Positions 39,385 to 50,126 of a stretch of DNA of 54,890 bases are shown piece by piece. The position numbers were made by a program, and so were the translations under genes. Position 1 is the stretch's first letter. Each line of letters opens with the position of its first letter. The stretch lies in the NCBI GenBank assembly GCA_900299205.1, contig OMIW01000142.1, positions 1 through 54,890 of the forward strand. The letters run 5' to 3'. The notes beneath the pieces were generated by a model. That model saw nothing but the letters and a program-made list of their open reading frames with translations, did not search any database and was not told the origin of the DNA. The stretch comes from Pseudomonadota bacterium (GTDB taxonomy: Bacteria; Bdellovibrionota_C; UBA2361; OMIW01).

Positions 39385-42300
39385 CTAAAGCCCCTTTTTG
39401 TCAGATTTTTGGGTTGATCGTCGCTTTTTAGCGCCGAGAACGGCAACAACGGCGATATCTCCCGAAAAATCACCGAGTCGAATGGTGTTTCCAGTCATCT
39501 GGGTTCCGTTGACCGAAATTGAGCCAATACCCGACTCAACCCCGGAGGGATTCTCAAATCTGATTTGGATCTTGCGTGGTGAATGAAGCTCTACGCTCCA
39601 CTCTCGCCACACCGCCGGAACACATGGATTGATGACGAGGGTATCACGTTGGAGAGAAATGCCAAGGAGGTGATGTATGGCTGCTTGATAAAGCCAACCA
39701 GCAGAGCCGGTATACCAACTCCAACCTGCTCGTCCTTTGTGGGGCTCAACACCGTAGACATCGCCACATAGGACGTACGGTTCGCCCTGGTAAACGTGGA
39801 CTCCTTCGGAGGTCGCTCCATGGGTGATAGGATTGAGCATTTGGAAGAGCTCGAATGCACGGCTACCATTCCCCGCCAGTGCTTGGGCGATGACAACCCA
39901 AGTGGCAGCATGAGTGTATTGCCCACCATTTTCCCGAATCCCACGGAGATACCCCTTGATAAAGCCAGGCTCAGATCTTCCGGAGAAAAAGGGCGGAGTA
40001 AGAAGCTTAATTATCCGTGCTGAAGTATCGACAAGATGCTCATCGACACTTGCCATCGCCATCATCGCCCGCTTTGTATCTCCCGTTCCAACGATAACGC
40101 TCCATGTCTGAGCCAGAGAATCTATCTGGCATTCGTCATTTTCGGCGCTTCCGAGAGGAATTCCTTCATCATCGTAGGCACGCCGATACCACTGACCATC
40201 CCAAGAAGTGTTCTCGATAGAAGAAACTAACTCAGATGCTCGTCGAGAAAATTCTTCCGATCTCTCGTCGCCGCGAGCTTCCGCGATCGGTGAAAAGATC
40301 GAGAAGGTATGGGCAAGAAACCATCCGAGCCACACACTTTCGCCCCGACCCTTACTGCCGACCTCGTTCATTCCATCGTTCCAGTCTCCGGCTCCCATCA
40401 GGGGCAATCCACGAGAACCCAGCCGATATGCGCGCTCTAACGCACGGATGCAGTGTTCGTAAAGAGTTCCTCGTTCTGCTGAGACCGAGGGAATAAGGTA
40501 GCTCTCATCCGAATCGCCAAGCGGCGGCGCTTCGAGGAACTGGATCACTTCATCAAGTATCGCGGTGTCACCAGTTACTTCGAGATATCGGGCAACTGCG
40601 TAAGGTAGCCATACGAGGTCATCGGTTATTTTTGTGCGAACTCCACGACCCGTCGGAGGATGCCACCAATGCTGAACATCTCCCTCAATAAACTGTCTCC
40701 CTGCATGAAGGAGAATCTGTGCCCGGACCATTTCGGGACGAACAAGAAGTAGAGCCAGTGAATCCTGAAGTTGATCCCGAAAGCCGAAAGCTCCACCACT
40801 CTGATAAAATCCCGTACGGGCAAAGAGTCGGCACCCAATAGTTTGATAGAGCAGCCAACCGTTTACAAGAATATCAAAGCTTCGTTCAGGAGTTTTAACC
40901 TGGATCGCCGATAGTGTGCTGTCCCACCAATGGTTCGCCACTTCGCGATCATGACTATACGTTTCATGTTGTCGGTAGTGTGGAGCCGTGGAGCGAAGCC
41001 CTTCGATAGAATCACATTCGCCGAGGAAGAAAAGAGCTGTTCGTTCTTCACCTGGCTCGAGATTGAGGTGCACCTTAATAACTCCGCACGGGACAAAACC
41101 TGATCCGACTCGTTGCGATAACTGGACGAGGTTTCGCCGATTGGTTCGCTGACTTGAAGAACGCTGGGACCCAGCCGATTCAAGACTTAATGGATTGCTG
41201 ACATCTCGGTCCCGACCAATAAACTCAAGCTTGTCGGTTGTGAATGAAATGATGCTGAGGTTTGAACCTAGAAAGACCACTTTGCCGGCAAACTCATTGT
41301 TGTAACGGTTTACCGCAGTAAGAACCTGTGCACCTGGCTCGTATGCCGTGGAGAGATGTCTTTGAGCTTCTTCGGGTGCTATTCCAAGGACCCAATCAAC
41401 GTATAGATATAACTCAAGTCGTCGCTGAACCACATCCTCATTCCTCAATCTCAGCGACCACCATTTGACTGGCGAATCGGAAGCAACCCGGATGGTAAGT
41501 TCTGAAGAGATGGCTATGTGATTTGCCTGAAATAGGCTTTCTCCGAATCGATGAGTTACGATTGTCTTCGAATCACGGGACACAGGACCGGGCGTCGGAC
41601 ACCATACATGACCACTTTCGGTATCGCGAATATACAGTACCTCGCCCGCCGGGTCGCTCACTGGATCGTTCGACCACGGGGAAAGACGATTCTCCCGGCT
41701 GTTCTGCGCCCAGGTGTAACCGCCTCCCGACTCAGTCACTAAGGTTCCGAATCTCCTGTTTGCGAGAACATTACTCCACGGCAGAGGAGGCGTAGATGAT
41801 TGGGAGACGATCAGCTGATATCCTCGCCCCTCTTCGACGAAGGAGCCGTAACCGTTTTCGAACTCACCACTCTTCGGCTGCAAGGTGACCCGCGGATATT
41901 CCATCTGTCGACTGAGATCGAGCATCCCGGGAGCGAGAGGAGGAGTAATTGCAAAGAGCTGATCGAGCTTAAGCTGCTCTTCAAGCGATCCATCAGCTCC
42001 GGAGAAGACAGCACGGGAAACGGCTTCCAGAAGAGTCAGTTCTTCATTCGAGAGTTGCGATGCGGCACGAAGGAAAATGCCACCATTTTTATCGAGCATA
42101 CCAGAGCTCGGGGTCGATCGGATGATGTGTTGCACCTCCTCCTGAAGCTCCTGAAAGTAGCCCCCCGGATACTCGTTAACAATGACGAGATCCGAAGAAA
42201 TACCCCTCGCTCTGAGGTACGCATGGCCGAGGATAATTTCCCGAGCCAGTTTAAGGTGGCCTCCGTCGTAAATTTTAAGAAGGAGTATCGGTAGATCCCC

Positions 42301-45300
42301 GGAAATCCCAAATCTCCAAAGTGCTGATTGTTGAAGATGATTGCGAGTAATCAGCTCCGCCGAACCTCTCAAATGCTCAACAGGAAAGAGAATGGCGGTA
42401 CCGAGCGCTTGGAAGAGGTGGGTCTGGCGAGCAGTGTATTGCTCATTGCGAAGCTCAATACGGCTCTGACTCCACGCCAGTTCAAAGGCACGGGTAATGC
42501 TGTGGAAATCGCGGTATTTGCTGGTGAGATGCTGGAGGACCTCAGGAGAACGCGCTACTCCCGTGATAAAAGATAATGCATGAGATTCAGTGGGATCGAG
42601 CTCGACCCGCGCGCGAAGACTGAAGCAAGGGTCCAGCACACTTCCCACGGTATTTGATAGCTTCCGCTCGCCCATCGCAAAGGGATCGTGAATAGTTCGG
42701 CCTCGTCCGATAAAGGTGGGTCGTGATGTCTCGTACTGGAGCCTGTCCCATACCGTTCTCATAACAACTGAATGGAAGAGAAGAAGCGGGGCTTCGTGTC
42801 GTGACCGAGGCCGACGTGATAGGATTAAGGCATCATGCTCCTCGTCGAAAACTGATTCGACAAATAGTCGTTGAAAGGCCGGATGGGCCCGATCCGCGCG
42901 TGCGCCAACCAGAGCGACCTCTCCGAAGCTCGTAATCTCGAGATTCCGCTTTCTATCGGAAAGGTTGGTGAGGGTTAGTCGTCGAACCTCAACATTATCT
43001 TCCTGCGCGACAGTGATTTCCAGAAGGCTCAGTATTTGATTATCCCTTCGGCAGAACTCGGCTTTATCGCCCTTAAATACCACGGAATAAAGTTCGGGTT
43101 CAGCTCTGGATGGATTGTAAGTGGCTGACCAAACTTCACCTGAATCGAGGTCGCGAATGAAAAGGACTGAGCCCCACAGATTTGCAGTAAGGTCCTCTCG
43201 CCAACGGGTGATGGCGATGTCACGTTCGAAGGAAATAAATCCGCTTCCCGAATTGTCCACCATCGTGGTGAGGGTTCCGTTCGAGAGCAGATGTGTTGAT
43301 GGATATTGGGTAAAAGGCGTCGAAAAGATCCTCTCTTTTCGACTTCCCTCTCGTTCAGACTCCTTCGTCGCAAATGCGAGGGGAGATTGGCGGGGCTCAG
43401 AATGCGGTATCCGGGAGGGAAACTTCTCATGCAGCAAAACCTCGACCGCTTTGATGATTGGATCTTGATGAAATCGCTCCTGGAAAACCCCATCACAAAG
43501 GACATTCGCTATCGTCGGCAGGCTCATCCCTTGATGGTGGGCGAAAAAGGAACGCACAACGTGGAATGTCTCATCTTCCGTAAGCCGATCTTCGGTAAAA
43601 TCTATCGCCTCGTAAAATCCGTATTCTCCACGAAATCCATCTCTCTCTAGTCGACGCAGATTTTGGACGGCAGCGATTGGTCGAATGGGTAGTGCGAGAA
43701 CCGTTGAATAAGGTGAGACGACGAGGTCATTTTCTAAACCGCGCTTAAGGCCGAGGCCAGGGACTCCGAACGCGCGATACTGGTACGTCGCATTCAGATC
43801 GACGCCACTATGAGCTGACTCAGAGATGCCCCATGGAACACCACGCCGGGTTGCGTACTCCCGCTGTGTATCGATGACTCTCCGATAGGTTTGACCGAGA
43901 AGAGTTTCTGCGTAATCGCGTTGAACAACGAGAGGCATCAGGTATTCGAACATGGTGCCACTCCACGATGCGAGCGCAGCGCCCCCCGGAGTATCGACGA
44001 GTGTGCGACCGAGCGAAAACCAATGCTTCATCGGAGCATCTCCCTTGGCAATCGCTATCATACTGAGCAGTCGCGATTCCGAGGCAAGAAGGTCATAGAA
44101 GCTCCGATCTTTTCGGGCCATCTCGACGTTGAGACCGATAACAAATAAATTCTTTGATCCGTCAAAAAGAAATGAAAAATCGAGTTCCTCAAAGATATCA
44201 GTACAGGCTTGCTTAGTTTTATCGACGACGATTTTTAGATCACCAAGTATGGTGGCTGAACGTCGCGCTGCGCTTAGCCACGGCTCATGACCGAGGTCAC
44301 CTTGGCTAGAATCCTTGGGTAGGGCAGTTGCTGCTCCGAGGGAAAGGGCCATCGCAAGAATTGAAGAAGGTGACGCCTCAGTTAACGCCAGGCTTGCAAC
44401 AAGCTTTCCTTCGTCGGGAGAAATCTCAGCCTGAGAGCCTCGTTCAACAAAAGGGGCAACCCATGCCACGAGCTCTCGCTGCTCGAGAAGCTGTCCGAGC
44501 TCCGCGATTTCTGCAAATATCTCTTTTAGCGCATTCCGCCTGCCTGAATCCGACTCATCAGGACCATCCGAGCTACATACCCCAGAAATCGCTGAGATAA
44601 TCTCAACAAAAAGCTGCACGGTAAGTCGATCATAATTCGTGTAATTGGCAAGGACCGCCTGAATGGGCTCAATTGTATCGCTAAGGTGAGATTTCTCTTG
44701 CAGAAGAGCTGTCAGACGGGCAATCAGGTGGTGGATAAATGAGGGTTTGATGATGGGGCCTCGCCATAGAGCATCGAGAGAAGTTCGTATCGCAAGGAGG
44801 TGACCGGCAAAATTGCCGCTATCAACGGAGGAGACGTAACGAGGGTGGAGCGGAGCCAGGGTCCTGATATCGTACCAGTTGAGTAAATGACCATTGTACC
44901 GCTCAAGTTTGGGCAAGGTTTCGAAAATCTTCGATAGAAGGACGAGTACTGTCCTACTATCCTCGTAACCGAGCTCATAGGCGGACACCGCGCTCATCAT
45001 CGAGAGGCTAATGTTAGTTGGGGAGGTGCGCTCTGCCACAACTCGCTGAGGTGTTTGCTGCAGATTATCTGGGATGAGGTAATGATATGCAGGACGAAGG
45101 TGGTCTTTGAAATATCTCCACGTTTGATACCCCACTGAGAGCAGATAGCCACGATCCTCGGGAGAGAGACCAGATGTCGGGGGCTGGGGGCGGGCTGCAA
45201 GGAGGGTTGCTGCTACCGGAGATAGAAACCAGATCGCGATAAGTGGCAGGGCGGCCGAGAGTCGGTCAGGAGCGGATACTGAGACGAGTATCGCTGTGAA

Positions 45301-48240
45301 AGCGGAGATTCGGAGAGCTGGAGCAAGAGAACGCACAAAGCTCCCAAATGAAGAACCGAGTCGTCGCTCAGATGCTGCTGCCGTCTCCCATTCAAGAAGC
45401 TTTGTTCTCGGGCCATATATACGGTATAGGGTTACGCTTACCGCATGAACCATCAGATAGGCTTGGTGGGGTAAAAATATGAGAAACAGCACTGCCTGTG
45501 CGCCGTGTTGTATGAGGTCTCGCCCCACTCCCCGAAGGTAATCCCCAAGCGATATCCCTACCGGGGGTGAGAGAACAACTCCAGCGACGCTCGTATACAT
45601 CGGAAACATGAAGACGGGCAGCATGACGAGAGCCCAAGCGAGAGTGCTTCCGGGAAGTATCGTCCACGAGGCCACGAGGAAGAGAAATAGCATGGGAGCA
45701 ACGAGACTTCTCCTTAGATTGTCGAATATTTTCCACCTACCTAATCCGGGAAGGGAGGATGGAACCTTCGTATGGGTCGCATCTGGCACGAGTGAACCGA
45801 GCCAGGGGAGAAGCTGCCAATCACCACGGACCCAACGATGCTGCCGTCGCGCATGCACGTGGTAGCGAGATGGGACCTCGTCGTAAACCTCAATATCGGT
45901 GGCTAGCCCGGTTCGAGCAAATATGCCCTCGAAGAGGTCATGACTGAGGATCGCGTTCTCCGGTACTCGCCCTTCGAGTACTTCCGAAAAGACGGAGACA
46001 TCGTAAATCCCCTTGCCGAGGAACGACGCATTCCCAAACACATCCTGATAGAAGTCAGATATTGTCTGCGTATATGGATCAAGCCCGAGATCCCACGAAT
46101 AAATTCTCGAAAAGCGAGAGGCGAAACCACTGGGAAGTGAATAGCTCACTCGTGGTTGAATAATCCCATAACCGCGCTTGACCATCCGAGAGACGGGATC
46201 TATCACAGCCCTATTGAGCGGATGGGAGATGGTGCCAATCAGTCTTCGTGCACCGTGTGGCGAGAGATGAGAGTCTCCATCGAGGGTAATAACATACTGG
46301 ATGGACCGTAAAAGGGCGCGCTCACGGTCACTCAACACAAATGAGGTTGGACCTTTCCCCCCGATCTCCCGATTTAGCTCCTCGATTTTACCGCGCTTTC
46401 GTTCCCATCCCATATAGCACCGTTCCCGATCGTTCCACCGCCTTTCGCGGAAGAAGATAAAGAAGCGAGGTGCCTCCGGGCTGAATCCGTGTCGAGAATT
46501 AAGAGCAGCGATAGCCGCACGACCAGCTGCAATTATGTCGCGGTCTTGAGACTCATCGGGTGTTTTCCGATCGGGAAGATCGGCGGTGATCGCCAAGAAT
46601 ATGTTATCATCTTCGTTGGCATGCCACCGTACTTCAAGGCTATCGATGCACGATGAGAGTGAGTCGTGATTATCAAATATCCCGTGCACTATCATTAATG
46701 TGCGGCTCGTCTCAGGTATGCCATTTTCAAGGTGCAGCTTCGGTAATGCGGATGGGCGAACGCACTGGTGGATGCACCATTGAATAAGACTCATCGCAAC
46801 ATCTGATGCGGGTATACATGCAACCAGAATGAGAATTGTTGCAGGAAACCAGCCGCTGCCGAGGGACAGAGCCCACATCCCGAGGAGTGTCGAGAGGGTG
46901 AGTGCGGAGATGCCGATGCCTCCCGCATAGAGAGGAAGCGCATGTCGGCGCAGCATCCTCGCTCCGACCATCGGAATGGAGGGGTGGTACCCGATCATGT
47001 GCTCAAATAGGGATCGGCCCTCATCGACGAGGTAGTATCCGATGTGGCGTCGTGCTTCGGCCCGATGTTCCTCGATAGGATCGCTTGTTTTGGGTGGATT
47101 TTGAGTCAGTGTGACGAGCCGTTCGGCGATCTCGTGCTCGGCCAGCCGGGAGCGTTTTGCGAGAATTTCGAGATGATGTCGATAAAGGTCTCTCGTCTCA
47201 AAGTCGCATTGGGCATATACCCCGCTCGGATCACGGAGAAATTCTTGATGAACGAGGCTCATTGACTCAAACCATTCGCGCCAATTAATGCTGCTCATCT
47301 CGCGCATGGAGGTTATTGAATTCGCGATTGATATCTGGTCAAACGCCTGACGTTGATGATCCGCACGAATGAGCTCCTCAGGGTCGGCCCCCTGTTCCCT
47401 AATCCGCTCTTCAAACCATTTAAGGGCTAGTGGGGCGCGTCCTCCCCGCAATCGGAGTTGACGAAGTACGTGAACAGCGCCTCTTCCCCCGAGTGACGGA
47501 CGCCCTTTAATCTCCTTCGCGAGCTCGATAAGAGTGTCGGTACCAGCATGGGTCGTGCTTGCCTCAGTCGAGGTTGTCACCCGTTGAAGGAATCCATCGA
47601 CGTAAAGCAGCTCCTCTCGCTCCTCAACAATTCGTTGAATGAGCCGCCGCAGATTTTCAACAAGTGCAAACTTCAGCATCAATGGAACCGCCCACAACTC
47701 TCCGGTAGTGAGCGGTTTCCGGGACTGAAAGCCCGTAATAAACGCACTTAGGATCTCCGGCTCGACGACGGAATCGGAGTGGATAATTACTTCGAGGGTC
47801 AGCGCATAAACTCGAGGGTAGCCAGCGGACTCTCCCTCGGCGACCTTGGGGAGGGTCTTGTCATATTTTTTGGGGAAAAATCGCCGCACCTCGGAGATAT
47901 GCTGCAGGACGATATGGTGATTATCGAGTAACCATTCCGCCCCCGGAGAGAGGCTTTCTCCCTGCTTCGCTGCATCAGCGAGGGTCCGGTAGGCTGCATC
48001 CAGAAAGGCCACGTTACTGAGGAACCGACTTCGGAGTGCGCTACTGCTTCGTCCGTCTCGATAGGAGGTGTCGCTGTCGGCGAGAGTGGCTGCCCGGTCA
48101 TGAAGGGCCTCATTGGCGAGGATGGTGGCTCGGAGGGGGTCGATGGGCTCGGTCGGTGCCCGGGAGGTTGAACGAGGGGTGCGAAGGGTGGCGAGAAGAT
48201 TGGCAAGGGGCGAGGACAGGGACGGGCGCAGGTGCTTCAT
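39385..48240 (-). CDS. ndvB: Cyclic beta-1,2-glucan synthase (Cgs/NdvB/ChvB; GT84 + GH94-like phosphorylase domain)
   Basis: AEWLLDN, GWERKRGK, LSHDLFEG, RQHRWVRGDWQ, SWSGTMFEYLMP, YQSGGAFGFRDQLQD, GDWNDGMN, RENGGQYTH, WYTGSAGW. Confidence 0.93.
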   Translation of the reverse strand: MKHLRPSLSSPLANLLATLRTPRSTSRAPTEPIDPLRATILANEALHDRAATLADSDTSYRDGRSSSALRSRFLSNVAFLDAAYRTLADAAKQGESLSPGAEWLLDNHHIVLQHISEVRRFFPKKYDKTLPKVAEGESAGYPRVYALTLEVIIHSDSVVEPEILSAFITGFQSRKPLTTGELWAVPLMLKFALVENLRRLIQRIVEEREELLYVDGFLQRVTTSTEASTTHAGTDTLIELAKEIKGRPSLGGRGAVHVLRQLRLRGGRAPLALKWFEERIREQGADPEELIRADHQRQAFDQISIANSITSMREMSSINWREWFESMSLVHQEFLRDPSGVYAQCDFETRDLYRHHLEILAKRSRLAEHEIAERLVTLTQNPPKTSDPIEEHRAEARRHIGYYLVDEGRSLFEHMIGYHPSIPMVGARMLRRHALPLYAGGIGISALTLSTLLGMWALSLGSGWFPATILILVACIPASDVAMSLIQWCIHQCVRPSALPKLHLENGIPETSRTLMIVHGIFDNHDSLSSCIDSLEVRWHANEDDNIFLAITADLPDRKTPDESQDRDIIAAGRAAIAALNSRHGFSPEAPRFFIFFRERRWNDRERCYMGWERKRGKIEELNREIGGKGPTSFVLSDRERALLRSIQYVITLDGDSHLSPHGARRLIGTISHPLNRAVIDPVSRMVKRGYGIIQPRVSYSLPSGFASRFSRIYSWDLGLDPYTQTISDFYQDVFGNASFLGKGIYDVSVFSEVLEGRVPENAILSHDLFEGIFARTGLATDIEVYDEVPSRYHVHARRQHRWVRGDWQLLPWLGSLVPDATHTKVPSSLPGLGRWKIFDNLRRSLVAPMLFLFLVASWTILPGSTLAWALVMLPVFMFPMYTSVAGVVLSPPVGISLGDYLRGVGRDLIQHGAQAVLFLIFLPHQAYLMVHAVSVTLYRIYGPRTKLLEWETAAASERRLGSSFGSFVRSLAPALRISAFTAILVSVSAPDRLSAALPLIAIWFLSPVAATLLAARPQPPTSGLSPEDRGYLLSVGYQTWRYFKDHLRPAYHYLIPDNLQQTPQRVVAERTSPTNISLSMMSAVSAYELGYEDSRTVLVLLSKIFETLPKLERYNGHLLNWYDIRTLAPLHPRYVSSVDSGNFAGHLLAIRTSLDALWRGPIIKPSFIHHLIARLTALLQEKSHLSDTIEPIQAVLANYTNYDRLTVQLFVEIISAISGVCSSDGPDESDSGRRNALKEIFAEIAELGQLLEQRELVAWVAPFVERGSQAEISPDEGKLVASLALTEASPSSILAMALSLGAATALPKDSSQGDLGHEPWLSAARRSATILGDLKIVVDKTKQACTDIFEELDFSFLFDGSKNLFVIGLNVEMARKDRSFYDLLASESRLLSMIAIAKGDAPMKHWFSLGRTLVDTPGGAALASWSGTMFEYLMPLVVQRDYAETLLGQTYRRVIDTQREYATRRGVPWGISESAHSGVDLNATYQYRAFGVPGLGLKRGLENDLVVSPYSTVLALPIRPIAAVQNLRRLERDGFRGEYGFYEAIDFTEDRLTEDETFHVVRSFFAHHQGMSLPTIANVLCDGVFQERFHQDPIIKAVEVLLHEKFPSRIPHSEPRQSPLAFATKESEREGSRKERIFSTPFTQYPSTHLLSNGTLTTMVDNSGSGFISFERDIAITRWREDLTANLWGSVLFIRDLDSGEVWSATYNPSRAEPELYSVVFKGDKAEFCRRDNQILSLLEITVAQEDNVEVRRLTLTNLSDRKRNLEITSFGEVALVGARADRAHPAFQRLFVESVFDEEHDALILSRRPRSRHEAPLLLFHSVVMRTVWDRLQYETSRPTFIGRGRTIHDPFAMGERKLSNTVGSVLDPCFSLRARVELDPTESHALSFITGVARSPEVLQHLTSKYRDFHSITRAFELAWSQSRIELRNEQYTARQTHLFQALGTAILFPVEHLRGSAELITRNHLQQSALWRFGISGDLPILLLKIYDGGHLKLAREIILGHAYLRARGISSDLVIVNEYPGGYFQELQEEVQHIIRSTPSSGMLDKNGGIFLRAASQLSNEELTLLEAVSRAVFSGADGSLEEQLKLDQLFAITPPLAPGMLDLSRQMEYPRVTLQPKSGEFENGYGSFVEEGRGYQLIVSQSSTPPLPWSNVLANRRFGTLVTESGGGYTWAQNSRENRLSPWSNDPVSDPAGEVLYIRDTESGHVWCPTPGPVSRDSKTIVTHRFGESLFQANHIAISSELTIRVASDSPVKWWSLRLRNEDVVQRRLELYLYVDWVLGIAPEEAQRHLSTAYEPGAQVLTAVNRYNNEFAGKVVFLGSNLSIISFTTDKLEFIGRDRDVSNPLSLESAGSQRSSSQRTNRRNLVQLSQRVGSGFVPCGVIKVHLNLEPGEERTALFFLGECDSIEGLRSTAPHYRQHETYSHDREVANHWWDSTLSAIQVKTPERSFDILVNGWLLYQTIGCRLFARTGFYQSGGAFGFRDQLQDSLALLLVRPEMVRAQILLHAGRQFIEGDVQHWWHPPTGRGVRTKITDDLVWLPYAVARYLEVTGDTAILDEVIQFLEAPPLGDSDESYLIPSVSAERGTLYEHCIRALERAYRLGSRGLPLMGAGDWNDGMNEVGSKGRGESVWLGWFLAHTFSIFSPIAEARGDERSEEFSRRASELVSSIENTSWDGQWYRRAYDDEGIPLGSAENDECQIDSLAQTWSVIVGTGDTKRAMMAMASVDEHLVDTSARIIKLLTPPFFSGRSEPGFIKGYLRGIRENGGQYTHAATWVVIAQALAGNGSRAFELFQMLNPITHGATSEGVHVYQGEPYVLCGDVYGVEPHKGRAGWSWYTGSAGWLYQAAIHHLLGISLQRDTLVINPCVPAVWREWSVELHSPRKIQIRFENPSGVESGIGSISVNGTQMTGNTIRLGDFSGDIAVVAVLGAKKRRSTQKSDKKGL

Positions 48241-48542
48241 TGGAGGCCGTATTGTTTGGGGGATACCTAGAGGTTAGCTCGCGTGAAGGTTGTTGTAATG
48301 ATTACTGTATGATGGTTGGGGATTAATCGCCAGATGGGGTAGAGGTGGAGAATTTTCTTGGAGTATGAATATTATGGGGAGGGTATGAGGTATACGAGCG
48401 ACTGTGTCTCGGGTAGAGAATGTGCTGCCGATTTGGAAGCGACGAATCGGTTGCCACGTTATGCCTCATTAGAAAAGGACATTGAAGAGGCACCGTTCTA
48501 GGGGGTGCCTCGGGGTGCTTTTGGGTAGCCAGGTAGGTTCTT

Positions 48543-48629
48543 CCCTCAGGGGAGCTATCCTCAGGGGGCGTGCGTTGGGTCCCTCAAAGACCCCTTGAGC
48601 ACGCCCCCTGAGGATAGCTCCCCTGAGGG
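48543..48629. repeat. Perfect 31-bp inverted repeat with a 25-nt loop
   Basis: CCCTCAGGGGAGCTATCCTCAGGGGGCGTGC (48543-48573) and its exact reverse complement (48599-48629). Confidence 0.9.
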
Positions 48630-48656
48630 CCACCGACCACCGGTTAGTGGTCGAGC

Positions 48657-49853
48657 CTACTGACTCTCCTGGGCCGCTAGCCAGTCATCGAACGTGGTGC
48701 TTGCTAATGCTTTTACCCGTTTCAGTTTCTGCTCGATCCGCTCACGTAGGGCGAACGGGTCGAGACTCTCATACCTTATCGTCAGTTTTTCTTTGACTGC
48801 TTCCGAAATCTCAGGACTCTCGAGCACTCTTTGATACGGGGGCTTCGGTTTTTCGTATTTGCGAACGATCCGTGACCCTACCCGAATCTTTTCCTTGAGT
48901 TTCATGTTCGGGCAGAAGAAGTTCTTCCAGTCCGACCACTCGTTGGCATAGATGTCGTTGATAAGGGGCACAAGCTCGGGGTTTTCAAGACGCACATACC
49001 CAAGGAGTGCTCGCGCCGTGGTCCAGTTTTTCTGCTCTACATGCGCGTTATCATTCTTCTTGTAGGGGCGGCTCCGAGTAAGACCAATCTTTTTTCCCTG
49101 AAAATACCTGACCAGATGATCGTTGAGGAACTCTGACCCATTGTCGCAATCAAATCCCAAAATCGGAAACGGCAGCACCGCCTCAATGTCTCGAATCGCC
49201 TCAACCACGTTGGCGGCAACCTTGGTCCATACCGCTCGATTCTCAGTCCATTGCGTCGCAATATCAGTAATCGTCAGAGTAGAAACAAACGGTCCCTTCG
49301 ATGATGATCCAGAATGAGCCACGGTATCTGCTTCTACGAAACCTGGAATGGTAATGTTCCAAGTCTCAGTTGATATGGGTATCTGAGAGCGCAACAGGCT
49401 ACCCGGCTTGGTCAAGTTCCTCCCGCGCCGATACTTGGCCTTATACGGCGCTAGGACTCGATCTATCGAGGCTGCACTAATCGCCAGCAGCAACGATTTG
49501 ACCTCCTCACTGACCTCCTTTTGATGTCTCTTCTCAAGGTGCGGGAGCACAAGAGGAATCGCCGACTTTAGGAGCTTGCCACACGCCCAATCGGAGCAGA
49601 ACCAGATCTGTTTTAGCCCTTTTATGAACTCAGGCGACTGGTACCGGGATGCCCGCCCGGGCTTCTTGCGAGCCCGCTTGTGCCCCTTGTTCATCACTCG
49701 TATCGCATAACATCTTGATAATTCGAAGGTTTCACACAGCTCATCAAGAATCAATCCCCTCTTCTTCTTGTCACTATTGTGGTACCTTCGCGCTATCTTG
49801 CTAATATACTTCCGCTTATCCTTCATCGTCATCTTGTCATGGTCCTTTTTCAT
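48657..49853 (-). CDS. Integrase-core (rve-like) DDE transposase
   Basis: GFVEADTVAH, DCDNGSEFLN, RSRPYKKNDNAHVEQKN. Confidence 0.9.
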   Translation of the reverse strand: MKKDHDKMTMKDKRKYISKIARRYHNSDKKKRGLILDELCETFELSRCYAIRVMNKGHKRARKKPGRASRYQSPEFIKGLKQIWFCSDWACGKLLKSAIPLVLPHLEKRHQKEVSEEVKSLLLAISAASIDRVLAPYKAKYRRGRNLTKPGSLLRSQIPISTETWNITIPGFVEADTVAHSGSSSKGPFVSTLTITDIATQWTENRAVWTKVAANVVEAIRDIEAVLPFPILGFDCDNGSEFLNDHLVRYFQGKKIGLTRSRPYKKNDNAHVEQKNWTTARALLGYVRLENPELVPLINDIYANEWSDWKNFFCPNMKLKEKIRVGSRIVRKYEKPKPPYQRVLESPEISEAVKEKLTIRYESLDPFALRERIEQKLKRVKALASTTFDDWLAAQESQ

Positions 49854-50126
49854 GACCAGTTCGATGAGGCAACGACCTCCTCAGTCTCCTCAAACACCGA
49901 CTCTTCAATGGCTTTTAATTTGAGGCAACTCGGTTATCCCATTCCGAAGAATCGGAAGTCACGTTCAAAGAAAAGGTGATCATAACCCTTGACGTTCGGG
50001 AAATGAGAAGATCCAGACGGGACGGGGAAGAGAATGGTTATTTGAGAGAAGGCAGAGGTGTAGTGCGCTGGGTGGCGGCGCCAATCGAAGGCGGTGACAA
50101 CCGGGAAATGGGACGGACGGGAGCAA

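Larger units (their letters stand above)
48462..49927 (-). mobile_element. Insertion sequence with integrase-core DDE transposase and imperfect ~28-bp terminal inverted repeats
   Basis: Left TGCCTCATTAGAAAAGGACATTGAAGAG (48462-48489) versus reverse complement of right TGCCTCAAATTAAAAGCCATTGAAGAG (49901-49927); no clear target duplication. Confidence 0.7.

Noticed and set aside
39337-39385. CTGATGAG followed by a stem, suggesting a hammerhead ribozyme
   Set aside because: No GAAA core after the stem and no stems I/III; better explained as a hairpin after ndvB.
39398-48326. Many 60-165 aa ORFs antisense or out of frame within ndvB (likewise within smc, thrS and others)
   Set aside because: Shadow ORFs of long real genes, with no motifs.
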